In this document: positions 62,315 to 64,000 of the stretch, in pieces
Position numbering within the stretch: position 1 is the stretch's first letter
Layout of the letters: every line of letters begins with the position of its first letter
Notes under the pieces: generated by a model
Told to the model about the DNA's origin: nothing
Databases searched by the model: none
What the model saw: only the letters and a program-made list of their open reading frames with translations
Origin: Escherichia phage EAWsc9
Strand: one strand, 5' to 3'
Sequence record: PQ341120.1
Length of the DNA stretch: 64,000 nt
Position numbers and translations under genes: made by a program

Positions 62315-62521
62315 TTATTCCACCACATATGATAATGAGAAAATTGCTGATGAAAGATGGGTAGCATCTTCTTCACACAGTTCAAATGGAGCTTTCTGTA
62401 AGAGTTCAACCACTTCTTCATCAGTGGCACTGTCCATAAAGATTGCATAATCATTAAGATAGATAACAACCTCATCACCAGTATTAACTGCATCAATCTT
62501 GATATTTTTAATTCTCATCAT
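62315..62521 (-). CDS. Hypothetical protein (68 aa)
   Basis: SD GAGGAGA; terminated by TAA immediately followed by in-frame TGA. Confidence 0.5.
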   Translation of the reverse strand: MMRIKNIKIDAVNTGDEVVIYLNDYAIFMDSATDEEVVELLQKAPFELCEEDATHLSSAIFSLSYVVE

Positions 62522-62589
62522 GTTCTCCTCAGTAGTTGATGGGATAATAGTACACCCTTTTTATGAGGATGTAAACCCCCTAAATGAAA

Positions 62590-62615
62590 AAAGGTCCACC
62601 CGAAGGCAGACCTTT
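62590..62615 (-). terminator. Hairpin + U-run terminator
   Basis: AAAGGTC...GACCTTT stem around CCGAAGG core, followed by UUUUUUCA on minus transcript. Confidence 0.5.
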
Positions 62616-62619
62616 TGAA

Positions 62620-63003
62620 TTACTCTAGTGTTAACAGATACTTAGTCTGAAAGAAAACTCCAACGATATCGTCCAGAGTCGATTGAATAGCCTTAGGTAC
62701 AACTTTATAGACTCTTTCCGAGCTTTTAATCATTTCATCTAAAAACAAAATTGTATCTTTCGGCAAGTCCGAGGCGGACGGTAATGCAGCTTTGTATTGT
62801 TTCCCGCTGTAACCTAACCATTGCTCACTGAACTGGTCGAGTGGACCTTGGATTTCTGTGAAGTAGAAATCATAAGCTTTATGGCGGGCGTAACTTTTGG
62901 TTTCAAGATGGGCAGATTTAAAATAAGCCAAAGAGACTAACAACCACCCAATATATGAATCCACCTCAGACCCACGACCCGTTACGAAATCATCAAATTT
63001 CAT
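62620..63003 (-). CDS. Hypothetical protein (127 aa)
   Basis: ORF downstream of rI. Confidence 0.5.
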   Translation of the reverse strand: MKFDDFVTGRGSEVDSYIGWLLVSLAYFKSAHLETKSYARHKAYDFYFTEIQGPLDQFSEQWLGYSGKQYKAALPSASDLPKDTILFLDEMIKSSERVYKVVPKAIQSTLDDIVGVFFQTKYLLTLE

Positions 63004-63286
63004 CTTCCAATTTTACCTTCATTAATTTAGCGTATTCGACTGCAGCAGCACGGCCATCAATTTGACATGTGATTTCATTTACACATTGGCTCTTATTGTT
63101 CCATTCAGTTTTAATAAAAGCCCAAAATTGTTCGGACTGCTCGACGCTTGGTTCTTTGAATTGCGAATAGATTTGCATCGCACTATCTGCATACTGGGTA
63201 AATTTACCATCTGTCGCAGAGGACATATTTGGGCCTAAACAGCCCATTAGTAATAGACTTAGAGAAAGTCCTCGAATAAGGTCCAT
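62993..63286 (-). CDS. rI: Lysis inhibition regulator RI (antiholin)
   Basis: ATG at 63286 with SD AAGGAG gives 97 aa; signal peptide then EQFWAFIKTEW...YAKLMKVKLEDE resembles T4 RI. Confidence 0.7.
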   Translation of the reverse strand: MDLIRGLSLSLLLMGCLGPNMSSATDGKFTQYADSAMQIYSQFKEPSVEQSEQFWAFIKTEWNNKSQCVNEITCQIDGRAAAVEYAKLMKVKLEDEI

Positions 63287-63360
63287 AAAGGACTCCTTAT
63301 TGTTGGTCATGATTACGCTTTGCAGCCTTAACATAGCGGAATACTAGTTAGTAACTGTAT

Positions 63361-63636
63361 TTATAATCTTTTAAATTTGAAGCAATACATTGCAAATAAA
63401 TCAGAAAAATGTCTATCAACCCATATTCTTTGCACTGGACTAGTAACAGTCAGCATATAATGTGATTTTTGTAAATTTATTCCATTTTTATTCGGGCATT
63501 CTTTATTAACAGAATGGTACGTGCTTGCTACTATTTCAATTTCCCTTTCATATCTCTCGCTATCTGTTTGTGTGGGAATAAATGCAATTCCAGCAATAAC
63601 AAAAATAGAGATATACGTCCAAACCTTGTATACCAT
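63361..63636 (-). CDS. Hypothetical membrane-anchored protein (91 aa)
   Basis: N-terminal TM; SD GAGGT. Confidence 0.5.
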   Translation of the reverse strand: MVYKVWTYISIFVIAGIAFIPTQTDSERYEREIEIVASTYHSVNKECPNKNGINLQKSHYMLTVTSPVQRIWVDRHFSDLFAMYCFKFKRL

Positions 63637-63643
63637 GCGAACC

Positions 63644-64000
63644 TCAGCTTGTTAATTCGAGCCAATGTTTTCTGCATAAAGATACGTACGATTCATTCCC
63701 ACCGACTAACACTTGCTCGCCGTCCTTTACAGCAGCACCGTCGATTACTCTCGCGGTCATGGTTGCTTTCCGGCCGCAATGACAGACGCCCTTTAATTCA
63801 ACCAGTTTATCCGAAATAGCCAGAAGTCTGGCTGAACCGGGAAATAATTGACCCCGAAAATCTGTTCTTAACCCGTAACACATAACGGGGATATTGTAAT
63901 TATCAACCACTTGAGCTAACTGGTCAATTTGCTCTGGTAACAAAAATTGAGCTTCATCGACCAGGACACAGTGGATATCCTTTTGAGACTCGGCCCATTT
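63644..64000 (-). CDS. tk: Thymidine kinase, C-terminal part (5' end outside window)
   Basis: Frame open to window edge; VDEAQF (Walker B region) and CxxC...C...C zinc-binding tail CHCGRKA...CRKH typical of type II TK. Confidence 0.85.
   Translation of the reverse strand, partial: KWAESQKDIHCVLVDEAQFLLPEQIDQLAQVVDNYNIPVMCYGLRTDFRGQLFPGSARLLAISDKLVELKGVCHCGRKATMTARVIDGAAVKDGEQVLVGGNESYVSLCRKHWLELTS

Noticed and set aside
62152-62496. 114-aa track ORF (MMQLILVMRLL...)
   Set aside because: Low-complexity, overlaps the better-supported ORF 62315..62521 in another frame; the stop-free frame discussed in the findings is the more likely coding frame.
1-64000. CRISPR arrays, tRNA genes, integrase/transposase genes
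   Set aside because: No regularly spaced direct repeats with unique spacers, no cloverleaf-like candidates noticed, and no ORF with recombinase or transposase motifs; the repeats present are promoter/leader cassettes and hairpins.

Overview
This window reads as a contiguous ~64 kb stretch of a T4-like (T-even type) myophage genome. No database search was run: calls rest on reading-frame structure, Shine-Dalgarno context, conserved motifs, and my recollection of T4 protein sequences and gene order. It opens with the 3' end of a gene-38-like tail-fibre adhesin and holin t on the plus strand, then runs almost entirely on the minus strand through the early/middle region: asiA, motA, 52, ndd, denB-like, rIIB, rIIA, fused 39/60 topoisomerase, dexA, dda, srd-like, modA/modB, soc, 56, 61, the 61.x island (sp, dmd), 41, 40, uvsX, 43, regA, 62, 44, 45, 46, 47, 55, nrdH, nrdG, nrdD, 49, nrdC, rI and the 3' part of tk. 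About 70 small ORFs of unknown function are interspersed, together with repeated early-promoter stem-loop cassettes, MotA-box middle promoters and UUCG-tetraloop hairpins. The strongest candidate for something undescribed is a translationally coupled module of membrane protein + Pol-beta-type nucleotidyltransferase + small basic protein at 59.1-60.7 kb. Other items outside the canonical T4 repertoire as I know it: a plus-strand collagen-repeat fibre-like gene inside the minus-strand early region (58.3-59.1 kb); a tandem array of three paralogous ~300-aa coiled-coil proteins (54.0-57.0 kb); a duplicated small-ORF/hairpin cassette between 52 and ndd; an ORF cut by in-frame TAA-TGA with a start-less continuation (62.1-62.5 kb); and absence of dam, beta-gt/42, alpha-gt and pin at their T4 positions. 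Coordinates of regulatory elements are approximate to a few nt.
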